From the NCBI GenBank assembly GCA_963729895.1, contig CAVSQB010000028.1:192001-256000 (forward strand): 64,000 nt of DNA, written 5' to 3'. A program made the position numbers and the translations under genes. This DNA is from an uncultured Fibrobacterota bacterium. Lineage in GTDB: Bacteria; Fibrobacterota; Chitinivibrionia; Chitinivibrionales; FEN-1185. Shown in pieces: positions 60,727 to 64,000 of this stretch (position 1 is its first letter; every line of letters begins with the position of its first letter). Under the pieces are notes generated by a model that had not been told where the DNA came from, did no database searches, and saw only the letters and a program-made list of their open reading frames with translations.

Positions 60727-62067
60727 CTAATTCGTTGACACTATTCTTACCGCCCACCTACCCATTGCTGATATTTTTAAGTAATATGTGCCTGCTTTGG
60801 GCTGATAAGAAGAACCCGGCCCTACCTCTGCCTGGTTAGCTATCCCGTCTACAAAATTTCCATCTGCATCGTAGAGTTCCATTGAAAAAGCTACTACTCC
60901 AAATGCAGCGGGGTAGGCATTCCACTGGATTTCCCAAGGGCCATTGACTGTAAATGGTCGGGTACTTCTGGTTCCCGTACCCGAAAAGGACGCTATAACA
61001 TTACCGGAACTTTGATGGGATTCTTCCGAATTATTCCTATTGACACCAGCAGCAATATCCGCAGTACCTTTCTTATCTTCGTATGTTCCTTCAAATTTCT
61101 TTTTCCCGTTCTCATACCAAGTAGTAACTGGCCCATTTTGTTTTCCATCTTTCCATACGGCTTCCGATTCCTTCTGCCCATTGTCAAACCATCTGGTCCA
61201 TTTCCCTCCTTGTTTTCCAGCCTCATAGACACCCTCTGCTTGCTTTTGCCCATTATCAAACCACTCGGTATCAGGTCCATCTTGTTTTCCATCCTTATAG
61301 ACAGCTTCCGAATGTCTTTGTCCATTCTCATACCAAAGGGTAGAAACTCCTTCTACTTTCCCATTCTTATACGTTCCTTCAAATTCCTTTTTCCCGTTCT
61401 TATACCACTCAACAACCTGAAAATTTGATGTATCACTGCCGCGCAACTCACTTTCCTTTTCGCCATTCTCATACCAAGTATTCATTGAAAGTGGATTAAA
61501 GGCCTTTTCATGTTCCTTTTGGCCATTCTCATACCAAGCAGTTTCAGCAACTTCTGTTCCGTTTTTGCAAGAAGCAACTGTTTGCTTTTGTCCGCCTTTG
61601 TACCAAATGGTAGCCAGACCTTCTAATTTTCCGTCTATATAAGTCTCTTCCTCTTGCTTTTGTCCATTATCAAACCATAGAGTAAATGTTCCCTCTGATT
61701 TCCCGTTCTTATAAGTACACTCCTGTTTTTTTTGCCCGTTCTCATACCACAACACCCATTTCCCTTCGCGTCCACCTTTTGGTATCCCTGTGCTTCCAAC
61801 AGCGGTATCCGTTGCAGGCCTGTTCTTGTATGCTCCCGTTGCTTCCTTTTGTCCAGAAGCGTACCATCTATTGTATTTCCCATCCCTCACATAATTACCC
61901 TGTTTATCTAGTTTGACGTAGTATTGCTCCTCTAATTGCCCGCTAGGGTATTTCGATTCCTTCAGTTCTCTTTTTTCGATACAGCTTAATAAGGGAGTTA
62001 GGAAAACAACAATTAGCAAGGCGACTTTGAAGAAAAGGGCTGGCGTTTGATTAGTATTTGTTTTCAT
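60727..62067 (-). CDS. MORN-variant (YwqK-like) repeat lipoprotein with a C-terminal beta-sandwich
   Basis: LLSC lipobox; many WYENGQK..E..YK.GK..G repeats; C-terminal FSGTGTRSTRPF....W.I.W. Confidence 0.85.
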   Translation of the reverse strand: MKTNTNQTPALFFKVALLIVVFLTPLLSCIEKRELKESKYPSGQLEEQYYVKLDKQGNYVRDGKYNRWYASGQKEATGAYKNRPATDTAVGSTGIPKGGREGKWVLWYENGQKKQECTYKNGKSEGTFTLWFDNGQKQEEETYIDGKLEGLATIWYKGGQKQTVASCKNGTEVAETAWYENGQKEHEKAFNPLSMNTWYENGEKESELRGSDTSNFQVVEWYKNGKKEFEGTYKNGKVEGVSTLWYENGQRHSEAVYKDGKQDGPDTEWFDNGQKQAEGVYEAGKQGGKWTRWFDNGQKESEAVWKDGKQNGPVTTWYENGKKKFEGTYEDKKGTADIAAGVNRNNSEESHQSSGNVIASFSGTGTRSTRPFTVNGPWEIQWNAYPAAFGVVAFSMELYDADGNFVDGIANQAEVGPGSSYQPKAGTYYLKISAMGRWAVRIVSTN

Positions 62068-62443
62068 GCATCCATCCTTTGTTAAGCAATTAATAATAAA
62101 AAGGACGCGACAATCAAACGTCCTGTTCTGAGGTACTGGTATACCTTTCCGCAAGACGAAAGAAAGCGCGTCCCTTACGGGACGCACATTTCTACTCGTT
62201 CTGCGGAATTGAAATTTACCAGTTTTCAGAACAGAACCAAGCAAAATATGCGTTATCTATTTCAAGTTTCTTCTGTTTTATTTTCTCAAATCATCTATCC
62301 TTTGTAAAAGCGTTTGATGCCTCTTTCTTTTCAGTATACATTTTCCCATTCCCGCGCGCAAATTTCACCAGTTATTTCTTGCCCTTCCCGATCTCCTTTT
62401 CAATCCGCTTCACCTGGCGCGCTATTCCCTTTTTTCAAGTGCT

Positions 62444-62632
62444 CTAAGCCAAATCCCTTTCGACGCATTGCCGTAGGTAATCGGACAAGTTCCCTTCTTT
62501 GCCGATCTTCTTTTCGACCCGCCTCACCATTTCTAAAGGAATTTTGACGCTCAACCGGACCGTGCCCTTGCTTTTCTTTCCCCCGAGCCGTGGCCGGTGC
62601 CCGCGCCGCTCTGTCGTGTTTCCCATGCTCAT
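62444..62632 (-). CDS. Ribbon-helix-helix (CopG-like) DNA-binding protein
   Basis: TVRLSVKIPLEMVRRVE.....NLSDYLRQCVERDL; AGGAGG RBS. Confidence 0.65.
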   Translation of the reverse strand: MSMGNTTERRGHRPRLGGKKSKGTVRLSVKIPLEMVRRVEKKIGKEGNLSDYLRQCVERDLA

Positions 62633-63100
62633 TTTTCGCACCTCCTTTGGTTTCACCCCTCAAATATACGCCACATTCAATGGTGTGTCAAATGAAATTT
62701 ATGCTACTATCAATGGTGTTTCCATTGATTAAGTTTACATAAAACTGCCTATGCGACATTGCGTTGTAAGTCGTTGTTTCCACGCACATGCTTGTTAAAT
62801 ATAACCTAAAAGCCCAAAAACGGTACTATGGGTAGTAGCGCAGATTTTAAGTGGTGTTTTCATGCGAGAAACGCGCCCTTTCCCGCATGATTTCGAGCAC
62901 TTTTTCCCTCGTGCATTTTGCGCGCCGTCAATATCGTTTCGCGCCGTCTCCTGGCCTCTGCCGGGTCCGTGCCGTCTGCCAGGATCAACGCCCCGTGGCA
63001 GTCGTGGCCACACGACGCAAGCGGGCACCCTATGCACTCACCGCCGTTCGATGCCTCGTTACAATATTCTTTTCGCTTCATGGTTTGCCTTTCTCATGTT

Positions 63101-64000
63101 GTTCCCTCGCGCGCGCGTTTATTGACTCCGAAAACCTCGCAAAGTCATGCCTGTTTTCAGCGCTCGCACCGTTTCTTTTATGGCATTACAAAACCTTCCC
63201 TTTTATGGACTGACAAAACCTCGGAAAATCATTGGTTCCCTCGCGCGCATAGGACGCACCGTGACGGCGTTATGTTACATAACGATGCGTCACGTAACGA
63301 CGAGCGCGTAGGACGCACGCGCCGCCTGTCATGGCTACTGTCCTGCCTAACCCCGGTTCCCCGCGCACGTGGTACGCACGTACCGCCCGTCATGAACGCT
63401 GTCATGAACAAAAGGTTTCCCACGCGCGCATCCTGCACCCTGTGCTGCATAAGATTTCGTGCGTTTTTGAGCGTTTTTCCATAAAAACAGGCCATTTTTC
63501 GCTTCATTCGGGCCTTTTTAGCATTTTTTCGGCGCCGGATTATGCAATATGATATGCAGTATTTCTGCCGTTGTTCACCCGCGAGCGTAGGACGGACAAG
63601 GCTCTCGCCTGTTAACAAATGTTAAGGTTAAGAAGTTTCCCCCGCGTGCGCGTTGACGAAAACAGGCGCGTAAGTTGCGAAAGGATGCACTCGCGGCCCT
63701 TGCCCCGCGTGCGTGAACACCTTTTTCCTGTTCCTCTTTATGGCCCCACAAAACCTCGAAAAATCGTGCCTGTTTTCCGCGTGTGGATCGTTCCTTTTAT
63801 GGGGTTGCAAAACTCCATGGCTCGCGCGCACGTGCTGCCAGCAGCAACCTGGATGCAACCAAGGTTGCAATTTATCCACCCGAATACAACTAAAGTTGCA
63901 GTCTGTTCCCCCGCGCGCGTGGACGCGCCTTTTCCCTGGGACATTCTGTTTAATGTCCCGCTTTTGTCCTGGACAAATCAGGTTGCTTCCCCACGCCTAG
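63101..64000 (+). repeat. Degenerate CRISPR-like repeat-spacer array (type I-E-like repeat), truncated by the window end
   Basis: At least 9 copies of about 25-nt GTTYCCCCGCGCGCGTRGGACGCAC-like units (63101, 63235, 63294, 63356, 63415, 63573, 63635, 63699, 63905, partial 63985), with runs at a 59-64 bp period. No cas genes in the window. Confidence 0.55.

Larger units (their letters stand above)
55104..64000 (-). mobile_element. tRNA-Lys-integrated element (satellite/IME-like); right end beyond the window
   Basis: att fragment + int + xis + putative rep + HTH regulators + AT-richer cargo. No virion or conjugation genes seen. Confidence 0.75.

Noticed and set aside
60727..62067. YwqK-like protein as part of a toxin-antitoxin pair
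   Set aside because: MORN-variant repeats alone are not diagnostic and no adjacent toxin gene is recognisable.
52000..64000. A complete DGR cassette (template repeat, RT, Avd)
   Set aside because: No AAC-rich copy of the variable region and no RT (YxDD) ORF found by eye in the window; only the target signature is supported.
63101..64000. Calling the terminal array a bona fide CRISPR-Cas locus or a TIGR array
   Set aside because: Repeats are too divergent, spacing is interrupted, and no cas gene is present. No box C/D-like dual-repeat pattern or Tas-like gene is evident. Reported as CRISPR-like only.
62795..64000. Short ORFs over the array region (62860..63081, 63229..63618, 63628..63879)
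   Set aside because: No recognisable domains, and composition is driven by the repeats; 62860..63081 may be real but is unsupported.

Overview
Bacterial chromosomal window, probably Fibrobacterota/Chitinivibrionia-like. This is an inference from a TIGR02147-family gene and several secreted proteins with FlgD/T9SS-like C-terminal domains. Bases 1-48.5 kb are mostly housekeeping and envelope genes: metH, tag, phosphoketolase, ispD, argCBDG, DAHP synthase, an ABC exporter, Wzx/Wzy/Wzz/glycosyltransferases and a GH2. This part also holds an unusual three-domain cNMP-binding/acetate kinase/PduL fusion. The window has five IS elements with visible ends and target duplications, plus a 96-bp MITE sharing the ends of the IS1182-family element. 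From about 50.3 kb it is accessory. It contains a frameshifted GH16 and an IS-interrupted FGE-sulfatase/CLec gene whose 3' end looks like a diversity-generating retroelement (DGR) variable region, with no template repeat or reverse transcriptase (RT) seen in the window. A tRNA-Lys 3' fragment (att site) then starts an integrative, satellite-like element. It encodes an integrase, an excisionase, a Cys-cluster/wHTH putative replication protein, HTH/RHH regulators, a C4/CI-like structured RNA and cargo genes. It ends, at the window edge, in a cas-less, degenerate CRISPR-like repeat array whose spacers are themselves repetitive or palindromic. Product calls are from motif recognition only; no searches were run.
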